From the NCBI GenBank assembly GCA_046290465.1, contig JBKAGP010000001.1:3904001-3968000 (forward strand): 64,000 nt of DNA. Reading direction: 5' to 3'. Under the pieces are notes generated by a model. It was given only the letters and a program-made list of their open reading frames with translations. It made no database searches and was not told where the DNA came from. Positions 28,601 to 39,666 of the stretch are shown piece after piece (position 1 is the first letter of the stretch; each line of letters starts with the position of its first letter). The position numbers were made by a program, and so were the translations under genes. Origin of the DNA: Planctomycetota bacterium (GTDB taxonomy: Bacteria > Planctomycetota > UBA1135 > UBA2386).

Positions 28601-31600
28601 TCGAACTCGGTCTCGAAGATCCGCAGTCCACCGAGACCTGCGTCGACCTCCCGGCGCACGACGCTCGCCACGTAGGGCGTGCCCGCGTGGTAGTCGTATT
28701 CGAGCACGTCGCCGGACTGGGACGCGCTCTGCAGCCGCCCGTGCTCGCCACATACAGGTAGGTCGTCTCGTCGAGACCGCTGCGCAACAGCCTGGCGAGC
28801 TGGGTCTGCTTCGCCGGCACGAACTGCCACGCCGTCTGCTGCACGGCCATCGGAGTGGCTCCCCCGAGGTCGCGACGGAAGGCGTCGTCCTGGGTCCAGA
28901 TCACGCGCGACAGCTGGTCGTAACGAACGGCTCGCCGCGCCAACACCTGCGTCGCGTCGCCCGTCTCGGTCTCGGTGACGCGGCCCATGCAATCGACCTC
29001 GAATGCATGCACCGCGCCGCCGGTCGAATGGGTGTAGCCGACGGGGGCGGTCGTCGACGGCTCGGTGACCGAGGTGATCGCGCCGGCAGCGTTGCGTTCG
29101 ACCACCGTCCACAGCTCGTCCGTGCCCGAACCGTCGTGGTTGGCGGCGACCTGCCGCGTGGCGGTGACCTCGAGGAACTCGTTGACGAAGCTCGCCGGAG
29201 ATCGCACCTCGTCGACGTTCTGCGGGTCGCGCGTCACCGTCTCGAACACGGTGCCGTAGCCGTCCTGCACGATCGTCGTCACCCCGCCGCCGGGCCGCGT
29301 CATCGTCGCCAGGCGCCCGTCCGCGCCGTAGGACAGCTTGGTGACCAGGTGTTCGACCCCGCCGCCCGGCTCGTCCAACGGCTTGCGGTCGACGTAGACC
29401 TCCATCAGTTGCGTGTGGTGATAATGGTACTGCGTCTCGATCCAATCGCGGGCGGCCGGACCGCCTGCCCCGTGCCGCGTCGGCTTGCTGCCGTTCGAAG
29501 CCAGGTTGTTCCGCTGCACCACGGTGCGGTGGCCGAAGCGGTCGTAGTAGGCGCGCGCATCGCGCAGGAACCCGCCGCTGGTGCTGGTCACCTTGCGCAC
29601 GGCCGGACCCGACGCGCACAGCTCGTAGACGACGACCGCCGGCTGCCCCGCGAGGGCATGGTGGGTCAGCTGTTCGACGTCCCCGATCGCGCTGAGCGCG
29701 TAGTCGGTCTGGTCGGTCGAACGCTGCAGAACCCGCGTCAGGCGCCCGTTGGCGTCGTACGAGTAGACGGTCCGCAACCCGTCGCCGTCCTCGCTCCGGC
29801 GCACCTGCCCGTTGACGACGCCCTGCTTGGCGAGGCCACCGGGTGCATTCGAGAGGTTGCGCCACCAGGTCTCGGACACCGCCGAGCCCGGCACGCTCGT
29901 GTTGGGCGCGTTGGTGAGCGAGTCCTGGATCCGCACATCGCTGATGGTCTTGACCGTCGTGCCCGGGATCTGGCCGTGCTGGACCGCATCGACCCGATCC
30001 AGCATGTCGGTGTGCGTATAGGTGTAGGTGCCATCGGGCGTCGCTTCGGTGTGCGGCAACCAGGCGCCCATACCTGGCCGGCTCCCGCAGCCTGCGTGTA
30101 GGTACCGTCCACTCGACGGTGACGGATACGGGCCGGCGTCCCCGTGCTCGGGATTGGGGGCGCGGTAGGTCTTCAGCAGCTTGCTGCCCGCATAGTACTC
30201 GTACTCGTGAGAACGGGTGACGGTCGCGCCGTCCCGCGTCGATCGCACGTCCATCCGGATCGGCTGGCGACACGCGCACGTCGCGTCGGCGTAGACGTAG
30301 TACCGTTCGATCTGCTCGGGCTCGACACCGGCGGCCGGGTTGCCCGCTCCGCTCGGATACGCGGTGGCACGCGGACGCCCGTCGGCGTCGTCGCTCGCCG
30401 TCACGAACTCCGAGTAGAGCCGGCCCGACCACTTGTCGTAGTCGAAGCGGTACGTCGAGCCGCCCACCTTCTGGACCTCGATCGACTGCATGGTCGTGCC
30501 GGTCAGCACCTCGGTGGACCGCGTCGCGACCGGATAGCTCGCGACCAGCTTCTCGCCGGTCATCGGCCGCTCCTGGGACCCGAATCGACCATCGGCGAGG
30601 TAGGTCGTCTCGAGGATCTTGCGATCCGGGTGCGACGTCGTGACCAGCGCCTGCGCGAACGGGGCGCCGCTGTGCACCTTGTGCCACTCGCAGAGCGACG
30701 GCGGCACGTTGGCGGCGCCGACGTCGTAGACGAACTCGTGCACGATCTGCGCCGTCACTTCGGCGGCGGCATCGATGACGATCGCATCCTGGCCCGTGCT
30801 GTCGTTCAGCACCTTGCGAGACGAGGAGTAGACGCGATGCAGGCGTCGGCCGAAGTAGCGACCGCCGGTGACGCTGGTCGCACCCTGGAACACGATGCCC
30901 CACGTGCGCGCGACCGCCTCCGGCGGGCTCGCGCCGTTCTGTTGGTAGCGGATCTCCAGGCAGTCCTGCCCGGACCACGCCCACGAGGGGCTCCAGTCGA
31001 ACACCTGGGTCAGCCCCGAGGCGAACTGGACCTCCGCTAGCTGATCCTGCGTGTTCCAGACGAACGACGACGTGTTGTCGTACGGGTCGCGAACGCTCGT
31101 CAGCCGCCACAGCGTGCGCGGCGGACTGGGCTGGTAGGACGACGAGTACGGGTTGAAGGTCTCGTACTGCGCCACGGTGCCGTCGACGTGCCGGACCTCG
31201 GCCCGCCCCGCGGTCGCGTCGTGCCACAGCTGCGCCCCCGACAGGTTGCTCGTGAACCGGTAGACCATCGTCGGCAGCGGCGCCGCGGCATCGGCCGCCG
31301 CACGCTTGCGTCGCTTCGAGCCCTTCGACGAGCCACCCTGCGTCTGCCCGATGCCCGCGTTGCTGAACACCGCGGTCGTCTGCGGGTTGGCGCCGGTCTC
31401 GAGAGGTCCGCCGTATTGGTAGAAGGCCGTGCCGGCCGCGTGCTCGACCTGCATCAGGTAGAGGCCCGGCATGCTGCCGGGTCGTGGCTGCACGGCGGAG
31501 TCCAGGTCGAGCAGCGCCGCCGACATGTCCGGCACCGGCACCGACGGCTTGAGCGGGGTGCCCGAGCCCTGCCACGTCGGGTAGCTGACGTCGAACAGGA

Positions 31601-31976
31601 GCCACCGGCCGTAGAGGCGGGCGACGCCCATCGAGCCGTCGTGCATCTCGGGCATCGGCAGCCGCCGCACCACGGAGCCATAGGTGGAGACGTCGGTGCT
31701 GCCCATGCCGACGTCGCGCAGCACGACCGAGTGGTCGCCGGTCGTGCTGGCGCGCTGCGGGTTGCGAGCGACCAGCGGATCCTGCGCGAAGACGACGCCC
31801 CCGAGCTGCACCAGGTCCGACGGCGCGGCCGGGGTGAACTGCGTGCGGACCTCTTCGCCGCCCAGCATCAACGAGAGCGCGTAGAGGTCGTTGACGGACA
31901 CGGGTTGGCAGCACTCGGTGGTCGGCTGCTGCGCGATCGCGGCGGTGCCGAGCAGGGCGAATGCCAGACTGCGCAT
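25678..31976 (-). CDS. Signal-peptide RHS/YD-repeat protein with C-terminal caspase-fold-like domain; 1-nt frameshift near 28740
   Basis: N-half in frame of ORF 28182..32141, C-half in frame of ORF 25678..32259; YD repeats, core YMRNRYY..GRFLTRDP, PLSHSDPLGL; alternative start 32024. Confidence 0.88.
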
Positions 31977-32337
31977 CGATGCCGACGCACGGCCCCGACG
32001 ATTCCTGGGCGGGTTTCCTCTCATTCCCTTGCTTCGTGGTGCTCTTCCTGCACCACATATCTCCTTCACCATGTGCATACCGATTGCACGGTCGGCAAGC
32101 AAGCCTGAGAACGGCTGGATCGACCCGCGGCGTGCATGCATTTGCAGCCGGGCTGCGCGGCCTTCGGCATCCGTACATACCGATTCCCGGCAGCCTCCGA
32201 AAATCGGGTACCCACGTCAGTCTCGATCGATACACCGAGCCAGGACCCGTCAGGTCCACCGGTCGCCCGCGATCGTCGAAGTCCCATCGCGTGACCTCGA
32301 AGCCGCGCGGGTCCCTGGAGGCTGGCCCCCCCCCAGT

Positions 32338-32389
32338 CCTAAACCGCTGTCCTAACCCGCTGGCCTAACCCGCTGGCCTCGCCCGCTGG
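32338..32389. repeat. Four 13-bp direct repeats (CCTAACCCGCTGG consensus) preceded by a C9 tract
   Basis: Read directly in the RHS/S8 divergent intergenic region. Confidence 0.75.
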
Positions 32390-32469
32390 CCGCCACAGGC
32401 GCGAACTCCCCCCTTCCCCTCTCGCAAGGCGAGCCGTCGCCTTAGTCTCTGTCGACCCGGAAGGAGCCC

Positions 32470-34260
32470 ATGAACGACAACCGTCCCACCCTCTCTCGCC
32501 TCGCGGCCGCCGCGGCCTGCTCGGCGATCCTGTGGTCCACTGCCGCCGTCGGCCAGCAGGCGCAGCGCGCCCGGCGCGCCGTGATGCCCAAGACCCTGGC
32601 CAACGCGCTGCCGGTCGCCGCCGAGCAGACCCGCGTGGTCGTCAAGCTGGCCGAGGGCCGACCCGAGCTGGTCCGCCGCGGCGCGATCGACGCAGCGGAG
32701 ATCCTCGCGGTGATCGATGGCCGGTCGACGCGCTCGTTCTTCGCCGGGCTCGAGGACGAGCTGGCTTCGATCCGCGCGCGCCAGCTCGCGGCGGCGCCGG
32801 AAGGCACCCGGCCGGCGGTCGACCTGTCGCTCTACTACGAGGTGCACGCCAACAGCGCCGCGGACGCGCGACGGCTGGTGCAGCAGCTCAACGCGCTGCC
32901 GAGCGTCGAGCTCGCCTACCCGCGCGAACTGCCGACGCCGCCGCCCGGTGACGACCCGCCGTTCACGCCCGACTTCAGCAACCAGCAGGGCTACCGCGCG
33001 CCGGCGCCCGACGGCATCGACGCCAACGCGGTGCAGGCGTTGACCGGCGCCTCGGGCGCGGGCATCACGGTGCTCGACATCGAGTGGGGCTGGGACTTCG
33101 GCCACGAGGACATCGCGCCGCTGACGGCCGCGTCGCTGATCGGCCCGCCGATCTTCAACTCGACCTACAACAACCACGGCGTCGCCGCATGCGGCGAGAT
33201 CGCGGCCGATGTCGACGGCCACGGCGTTTCGGGCCTCAACCCCGACATCACGCTGCGCGTCGCCACCGACTACCCGGCCAGCGGCTACAGCGTCGCCAAC
33301 GCGATCGCAGCGGGCTTGCCGGCGCTCGGCAGCGGCGACGTGATGCTGCTCGAGGCGCAGACGTCGACGCCGCTCGGCCTCGGCCCGACCGAGTGGAACC
33401 AGGCCGACTTCGACGCGATCCTGATCGCGACCAACCTCGGCATCCTCACCGTCGAGGCCGCCGGCAACGGCGGCGTCAACCTCGACTCGCCGGTGCTCAA
33501 CGGCCTGTTCGATCTCAGCGTGCGCGATTCGGGCGCGATCATCGTCGGCGCCAGCGACGGCGTATCGCTCGCCCGCGCCGGGTTCAGCTCGTACGGCTCG
33601 CGCGTCACCGCCAACGGCTGGGGCCGCGATGTCGCGACGACCGGCTACGGCTCGCTGTTCTCGGCGCCCGGCACGTCGCTGCAGGACTACACCGCGTCGT
33701 TCAACGGCACGTCGTCGGCCTCGCCGATCGTGACGGCCGCGGTCGTCGCCGTGCGCGGCGCCGCCGACGCGCAGCTCGACCCCACCGCGGCCGCGGCGCT
33801 CGATGCGTTCGCGCTGCGCTCCTTGATCGAGGCCACCGGCACGCCGATCCCCAACATCGGCAGCCGCCCCGATGCGGCCGCACTGCTGGCCGCCGCCGAC
33901 ATCCTGCGCGGCCTGACGGTCAGCGCCGACCCGCGGCTCGGCACCAACGTCGTGCTCGAGATCGAGCGCTCGTTTGCCGGCACCACCGGCGACCTCTACG
34001 GCCTGTTCGGCGCGACGTCGACGATGAACGCGCCGCTGCCGGCGCCGTTCGTCGCCGACAGCCGCCGCCTGCTCGACCCGGCCACGACCGCGCCGGCCTC
34101 GTTCGGCACGTTCAACGGCGCGACCGCCGACTACACGATCTCCGTTCCCAACAACGCCGCACTGGTCGGCCAGAGCTTCTACTTCCAGGCGATCACGCTG
34201 GACCAGAACAACGGCTCGCTGGCCGCGACCAACAGCGCCCGGGTCTACGTGCGCAAGTAG
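32470..34260 (+). CDS. S8 subtilase with shared C-terminal domain
   Basis: Triad VLDIE / NHGVAACG / FNGTSSASP, oxyanion AAGNG; AAGGAG RBS; C-terminal VPNNAALVGQSFYFQA..TN. Confidence 0.93.
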   Translation: MNDNRPTLSRLAAAAACSAILWSTAAVGQQAQRARRAVMPKTLANALPVAAEQTRVVVKLAEGRPELVRRGAIDAAEILAVIDGRSTRSFFAGLEDELASIRARQLAAAPEGTRPAVDLSLYYEVHANSAADARRLVQQLNALPSVELAYPRELPTPPPGDDPPFTPDFSNQQGYRAPAPDGIDANAVQALTGASGAGITVLDIEWGWDFGHEDIAPLTAASLIGPPIFNSTYNNHGVAACGEIAADVDGHGVSGLNPDITLRVATDYPASGYSVANAIAAGLPALGSGDVMLLEAQTSTPLGLGPTEWNQADFDAILIATNLGILTVEAAGNGGVNLDSPVLNGLFDLSVRDSGAIIVGASDGVSLARAGFSSYGSRVTANGWGRDVATTGYGSLFSAPGTSLQDYTASFNGTSSASPIVTAAVVAVRGAADAQLDPTAAAALDAFALRSLIEATGTPIPNIGSRPDAAALLAAADILRGLTVSADPRLGTNVVLEIERSFAGTTGDLYGLFGATSTMNAPLPAPFVADSRRLLDPATTAPASFGTFNGATADYTISVPNNAALVGQSFYFQAITLDQNNGSLAATNSARVYVRK

Positions 34261-34423
34261 TCGCCCCCGCCGCCGTGGCGCCGCGGCAAGCAGGCGGGCG
34301 GGCGGCAGGCGGGCCGGGCGGCGCCCCTGGACGGCCCCGACGACCCCGGGGAGAATCCGTCGGCGCGGCGACCGGGGAAGAGCCGCTCGACATCCGCAAC
34401 CTCGCCCGGGACAGGAGACCATC

Positions 34424-37120
34424 ATGAACGTTCGCACATCCGCTCGACCATCGGGCTCTCGCGCGCCGCACGGCGCCCTGCTGGCCGCGATCGTCGCGTC
34501 GGTGGTCGCCGACCACGCGCAGGCACAGGCGCCGCGGTTCGCATCGCTCGCGCCGGCCGCGACGTTTCCGACCCGGTCGGACGCGAGCTACGGCATGGTC
34601 ACGGGCGACTTCGACGGCGACGGCGACGACGACGTCGTGTTCGCCAACACCGGCCAGAACACGTTCTATCGCAACCGCGGCGACGGCACCTTCGAGGACG
34701 TCACCGCGACCCACATGCCGGTCGACACGGCGAGCAGCCGCCACGTCAGCGCCGGGGACGTCGACGGCGACGGCGACCTCGACCTCGTCATCGGCAACCG
34801 ATACGCCACCAACCGCCTGCTGCTCAACGACGGCTCCGGCGTGTTCTCGGACGGCACGCCGGCAGCGATGGCCGCGCACCAGGAACCGACGAGCACGGCG
34901 ATCCTCGGCGACCTCGACGGCGACGGCGACCTCGACATCGCGATCGGCAACCGCGGGACGTCGAGCTACTACTCGGCTCCCTACGACGGCCAGAACCGGG
35001 TCTTCCGCAACGACGGCACCGGCCAGTTCACGGAGGCGACGGCGAGCGTCCTGCCGAGCGCCCAGACGATCACCGAGTCGCTGATCGCGTGCGACGTCGA
35101 CGGCGACGGCGACCTCGACCTGATCGAACTCGGCGGCGAGGACGAGGTGTTCGGCCCGTACGGATCGTGGACGGTTTCGAGCGACACCAAGGTGCTGCGC
35201 AACGACGGCACCGGCGTGTTCGTCAGCGCGGTGGGCGCGATCCCAACGACGCCGGCCGGCACCGCGCATCCGTTCGACCAGGACCTCGACGGCGACCTCG
35301 ACCTGATAGTCATCGACTGCAGCGACCAGCCGCGCTTCTACCGCAACAACGGTGCGGGCGCGTTCGTCGACGTGACCGTGGGCACGATGCCGTACGCCGG
35401 CGGCGTCGCCTGTGCGACCTGCGTCGTGACGCCCGACCTCGACGGCGACGGCGATCCCGACGTGCTGATCGGCAACCGCTTCGGCGTCGAGATGGCGCTG
35501 GTCAACCAGGGCGACGGCACCTTCTGGTGGTGGTCCGGCGAGATCACCGGCAGCCTGTCCACCGCCGCGCGCCGGATGGCCGCAGTGGACGTCGACGGCG
35601 ACGGCGACCGGGACCTCGTGATGGCGAGTTCGGACGGGCCCAACCTGCTGCTGCATTGGAACGGCATCGATCGCTTCGTCGACCCCGACGCCGTCGGGGG
35701 TGCCCAGTGGTTTGCCCGAGCGCAGTCCTACCCCGAGGGCGGTGCGATGGTCGACCTCGACGGGGACGGCCGTCGCGACCTCGTGCAGATCGATGTGGCG
35801 CAGGGCGTGTCGGTGCTCGCCCACACCGGCAACGGCTTCGAGCGGCGGACCGGTTGGGAGCCGCAGATCACGCAGGTGTCGTATCCGGCGCGCATGGCCG
35901 CGGGCGACCTCGACGGCGACGGCGACCCCGACGTGCTCGCGGCGACGTTTGGCGCGCTGGTGGTCTGCCGCAACGACGGCACCGGCCGCCTGGTCGCGTC
36001 GTCCAGCGCCTACGCGGGCTTCAGCCAGGTGCAGAGCATCGCCATCGGTGACGTCGACGGCGACGGCAATGCCGACGTCGTGGTCGGCGTTGCCGCCGGC
36101 GCGGCGGTCTCGGTGCTGCGCGGTGACGGCGCGGGCGGGCTCGCGGCGGGGGTCGGCATCCCGAACTCGTCGTACGGCGGCAGGGACCTGGCCCTGTTCG
36201 ACCTCGACGGCGACGGAGACCTCGACATCGTCTCGTGCCAGTCGCTCGGCGCCTTCCTCTACGAGAACGACGGCAGCGGCAACTTCACAGTGCTCGCCTC
36301 GCCAACGCTGACCCAGGTCCTGTCGTCGCCACAGTCCGTCGACGTCGCGGACGTCGACGGCGACGGGGACCTCGATCTGGTGTTCGTCGACGGCAGCTCG
36401 TGGTCGACGCAGACCCAGCGGCTGTTCCTCAACACCGGCACCGGCGTGTTCGGCAGCGCCCCGAACGGCAACCTGCCCCCGCACGGCCTCCCGGCAGGCC
36501 GCCACCTCAACCACATCCGGTTCGTCGACTTCGACGGCGACGGCGACGCGGACGTCGCGTCGCTCTACGCGGTGAGCTCGTCCGGCCTGCAGCTCGGCGG
36601 CGCGCGCCTGTTCGAGAACCAGGGCAACGGCAGCTTCCAGGACGTCTCGACCGACGTCGCCGAGTGGAGCACGACGCCGAGGGAGCTGTTCGTCGACGAC
36701 GTCGACCTCGACGGCGACCCCGACCTGCTGGCGCTCGGGAACCCGGGCCCCTCGGTCTACTTCAACCTGCGTCGCCACGTGCACATCGCGGCCCGGCTGC
36801 AGCCCGGCGGCACGCTCGAGCTCGAGGCCTATGCGCGCGGCGTGCAGGTCGCACCGACCGCGATCGTCATCCCGTGGGTTTCGCAGGTCGCCGTGTCGGT
36901 CCCGCTGCCGCCGTTCGGCCACCTCGGCATCGACCCGCTCGCCGCGATCAGCCTGCCGCCGATCGCGATCGACCCGGCCACCGGCGACGGCACGGCGTCG
37001 CTGCCGTTGCCCAACCTGCCGGGGCTGGTCGGCCAGCCGCTGCTGGTGCAGGGGCTGCTGCTCAACCCGCCCGGGGAGCTGGAGCTGACCAACACGTCGA
37101 CGCGGGTGTTCGTGCCGTAG
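34424..37120 (+). CDS. FG-GAP/VCBS repeat secreted protein with shared C-terminal domain
   Basis: More than a dozen D(V/L/F)DGDGDxD repeats; C-terminal LPNLPGLVGQPLLVQG..TN. Confidence 0.93.
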   Translation: MNVRTSARPSGSRAPHGALLAAIVASVVADHAQAQAPRFASLAPAATFPTRSDASYGMVTGDFDGDGDDDVVFANTGQNTFYRNRGDGTFEDVTATHMPVDTASSRHVSAGDVDGDGDLDLVIGNRYATNRLLLNDGSGVFSDGTPAAMAAHQEPTSTAILGDLDGDGDLDIAIGNRGTSSYYSAPYDGQNRVFRNDGTGQFTEATASVLPSAQTITESLIACDVDGDGDLDLIELGGEDEVFGPYGSWTVSSDTKVLRNDGTGVFVSAVGAIPTTPAGTAHPFDQDLDGDLDLIVIDCSDQPRFYRNNGAGAFVDVTVGTMPYAGGVACATCVVTPDLDGDGDPDVLIGNRFGVEMALVNQGDGTFWWWSGEITGSLSTAARRMAAVDVDGDGDRDLVMASSDGPNLLLHWNGIDRFVDPDAVGGAQWFARAQSYPEGGAMVDLDGDGRRDLVQIDVAQGVSVLAHTGNGFERRTGWEPQITQVSYPARMAAGDLDGDGDPDVLAATFGALVVCRNDGTGRLVASSSAYAGFSQVQSIAIGDVDGDGNADVVVGVAAGAAVSVLRGDGAGGLAAGVGIPNSSYGGRDLALFDLDGDGDLDIVSCQSLGAFLYENDGSGNFTVLASPTLTQVLSSPQSVDVADVDGDGDLDLVFVDGSSWSTQTQRLFLNTGTGVFGSAPNGNLPPHGLPAGRHLNHIRFVDFDGDGDADVASLYAVSSSGLQLGGARLFENQGNGSFQDVSTDVAEWSTTPRELFVDDVDLDGDPDLLALGNPGPSVYFNLRRHVHIAARLQPGGTLELEAYARGVQVAPTAIVIPWVSQVAVSVPLPPFGHLGIDPLAAISLPPIAIDPATGDGTASLPLPNLPGLVGQPLLVQGLLLNPPGELELTNTSTRVFVP

Positions 37121-37125
37121 ACCCC

Positions 37126-38076
37126 CTACCGGCTGCGGCGCAACCGCGCGCGCAGCATGTCTGCGGCGAGCACCAGCACCGCGAGCCAGATCAACGCGTA
37201 GCCCAACCACAGGCGCGGGTCGGCGGGACGTTCGCCGTAGACCAGCACGCCGAGCAGCACCTGGCCGGTCGGCGCGGTGAACTGCAGGAAGCCGATCGTC
37301 GACAGCGGCAGGCGCGCGGCGGCGGCGGCGAAGCACAGCAGCGGCACCGCCGTGCTGATGCCGGTCAACGCCAACAGCGATGCGGTCGCACCGCCGCCCA
37401 CGACGAACGCCGGCGGCACCGCCAGCAGGCCGGGCCCGAGCAGGATCCAGGCCAGCGCGAACGGCGTCAGCATGCCGGTCTCGATGGTCAGTCCGACCAC
37501 CGGTCCCGCCGCGACGCCCTTGCGGACCAGCCCGTAGAAGCCGAACGACAGCGCCAGCGCGGCCTCGATCCACGGCAGCTCACCGCCGAGCAGGATCGCG
37601 ATGCCGAGCAGCGTCGCCATCCCAGCCGCCGCGAACCCGACCGCCCACCACTGCGTGCGGCGCAGCCGTTCGCCGAGCAGCATCGTGCCGAGTGCGATCT
37701 GCACGATCGGCGTGACGAAGTAGCCGATCCCGGCGCGATACAGCTCGCCGCGCGCCATCGCGACGATGAACACGCTCCAGTTGATCGTCACCAGCACGGC
37801 CGCCAGCGACAGCCGGCCGAGTGCCCGCCGATCGCGAACGGTCTCGCCGAGCCGCCCGAAGCTGCGCCGCTGCCAGCACAGCACCAGACAGAACAGCAGC
37901 GACCACACGATCCGGTGCGCGAGGATCTCCAGCGACCACGCAACCGGCTCGGCGGTCACCTCGTCGGGCGCGACGGCGCCGAGCGCCTTGACGTGCAGCG
38001 GAAAGACGAACGCCCACCAGCCGTACGCCGCGAGTCCGAACCAGAGGCCGGCGCGTGCGGATCGGGTAGGGCTCAT
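37126..38076 (-). CDS. rarD: RarD/EamA family transporter
   Basis: EILAHRIVWS, INWSVFI, GYFVTP, SFGFYGLVRK, LSTIGFLQF motifs. Confidence 0.9.
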   Translation of the reverse strand: MSPTRSARAGLWFGLAAYGWWAFVFPLHVKALGAVAPDEVTAEPVAWSLEILAHRIVWSLLFCLVLCWQRRSFGRLGETVRDRRALGRLSLAAVLVTINWSVFIVAMARGELYRAGIGYFVTPIVQIALGTMLLGERLRRTQWWAVGFAAAGMATLLGIAILLGGELPWIEAALALSFGFYGLVRKGVAAGPVVGLTIETGMLTPFALAWILLGPGLLAVPPAFVVGGGATASLLALTGISTAVPLLCFAAAAARLPLSTIGFLQFTAPTGQVLLGVLVYGERPADPRLWLGYALIWLAVLVLAADMLRARLRRSR

Positions 38077-38172
38077 CGAGGGTCGTCGCGTCGGCGCGCC
38101 GGGCAGGACATCGGGGCGGGGATGCTATCGCGGCGACGACCGCATGCACGCCGCGACCTGCGAGCCGACGAC

Positions 38173-39537
38173 CTACAGGTCGCCGACGAACCACTCGATG
38201 CCGTTGCTCGCGACGACCTGGCGCGCGTTGGCTCCGGGCGCGAGCGCGTAGGCCTGCAAGAACACCGTCTGGCCGACGATCGACAGGTCGTTCGGCAGCT
38301 GCTGGTCGAACCTCAGGGTCGCCGGCCCGGTCACGGTCGTGGCCAACCCGAGCACGTCCGAGGACTGCAGCAGCTCGCAGCCGGGCATCCCGATCGCCGC
38401 CAGCGTCACCGGCAACGCGAACGGTCCGTAGTTGGTGTTGCTCCAACCGATGGCGACCGCGGCCAGGTTGGCAGGCGCCTGGTCGATCGTTGCGCTCGCG
38501 ACCTGCCCGATGATCGGGCGCGCCGCGGTCGACGGCGCAAACGTCAGCGCCGGGGCTCCACAGCCCATGCCGTAGGTCGCGGCGACCGCCGTCGTTCCGA
38601 ACTGCCCGCGCGTCCACGTCTGGCTCTGGGAGCCATTCCTCAGGAACAGCACCATGCGCTGCCGGGTGCGATCGAACGCCATCGCGTGGGTGTCGCTCGA
38701 TGGCGGATTGGTCGCGGGGGACTGCGCCTGCCACGACACGCCGTTCCATTCCACGGTGTCCGCACCGCCGCCGTCACCGCCGTACAGGACCACCGTCTGG
38801 CGAACCGTGTCATAGGCCATCTTGTGATCCTTGCGGCCGTTGGGCATCGCGGACGTCATGGCACTGCGCAGACTCCAGTCGACGCCATCCCATTCCCAGG
38901 TGTCGCGCTCTTGGTTGGAGTTGATGCGGCCACCGAACAGCACGGTCCGCTGGCGCAGTTCGTCGTAGGCCATGCCGTGCGACATCCGCGGCGCCGGCGC
39001 GTTGGCCGGTGTGCGAAGCAACCAGGTCACGCCGTCCCACTCCCAGGTCTGGTTGGAGAAGAAGCTCCCGTTGAGCAGGCCGCCGAACAGCACGACGCGC
39101 TGGCGCGCCACGTCGTACGACATCGTGTGGCTGTGACGCGGCGACGGCGAGGTCGCCGGAGTGACCTCGACCCAATCGACGCCGTCCCACTCCCAGGTGT
39201 CGTTCAGCAAGCCGTTGCCAGCTCCCCCGAACAGCACGATCCGGCCACGAGCACGGTCGAACACCATCGCCGCGTTCGAGCGTGGCGGCGGATAGTGCTG
39301 GGAGAACCGCGCGGCCCAACTGGTGCCGTCCCACTCCCAGACGTCCCCGAGCAGGGGCCCCGTCGTCGGAAATCCTCCGAACAGCATGGTGCGGCCCCGC
39401 ACGTCGTCGTGAGCCATGCATGCCCAGATGCGCGGCGAAGGGGCGTTGCTGGGACTTTCGAGTCGCCAGGTGAACGCCTGGGACGACAGGTATCCGGCCG
39501 AGAGGAGAACGGCTGCGAAGGCAGGTAGCTTGGACAT
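38173..39537 (-). CDS. Secreted Kelch-like beta-propeller with shared C-terminal domain (paralog of 7536..8927)
   Basis: DTWEWDGxxW repeats; C-terminal LPNDLSIVGQTVFLQAYALAPGANARQVVASNG. Confidence 0.9.
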   Translation of the reverse strand: MSKLPAFAAVLLSAGYLSSQAFTWRLESPSNAPSPRIWACMAHDDVRGRTMLFGGFPTTGPLLGDVWEWDGTSWAARFSQHYPPPRSNAAMVFDRARGRIVLFGGAGNGLLNDTWEWDGVDWVEVTPATSPSPRHSHTMSYDVARQRVVLFGGLLNGSFFSNQTWEWDGVTWLLRTPANAPAPRMSHGMAYDELRQRTVLFGGRINSNQERDTWEWDGVDWSLRSAMTSAMPNGRKDHKMAYDTVRQTVVLYGGDGGGADTVEWNGVSWQAQSPATNPPSSDTHAMAFDRTRQRMVLFLRNGSQSQTWTRGQFGTTAVAATYGMGCGAPALTFAPSTAARPIIGQVASATIDQAPANLAAVAIGWSNTNYGPFALPVTLAAIGMPGCELLQSSDVLGLATTVTGPATLRFDQQLPNDLSIVGQTVFLQAYALAPGANARQVVASNGIEWFVGDL

Positions 39538-39666
39538 GGGGTCGGATCGGGTCGCGAGGATTCGCTCCGATCGTAGCTCCGGGACGACCAGGTCGTGCAC
39601 CAGCGGTGTCCCGCCAACGGTCGCGCCGACCGGCGGCAGCGCCCGAGGCCGCGCCGCCCGCGGGCG

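Noticed and set aside
31295..31330. KRRKR as a nuclear localisation or furin site in the RHS protein
   Set aside because: A short basic motif is weak evidence, and this gene shows signs of local frame errors (an alternative frame reads WLVEGLEAT)
28760..32259. N-terminal half of the 2193-aa ORF as real protein
   Set aside because: Arg/Ala/Gly-rich off-frame translation; the real coding frame here is that of ORF 28182..32141
34600..36730. Recurrent GACGGCGACGGCGAC DNA repeats as a repeat element
   Set aside because: Explained by the protein-level FG-GAP DxDGDGD repeats
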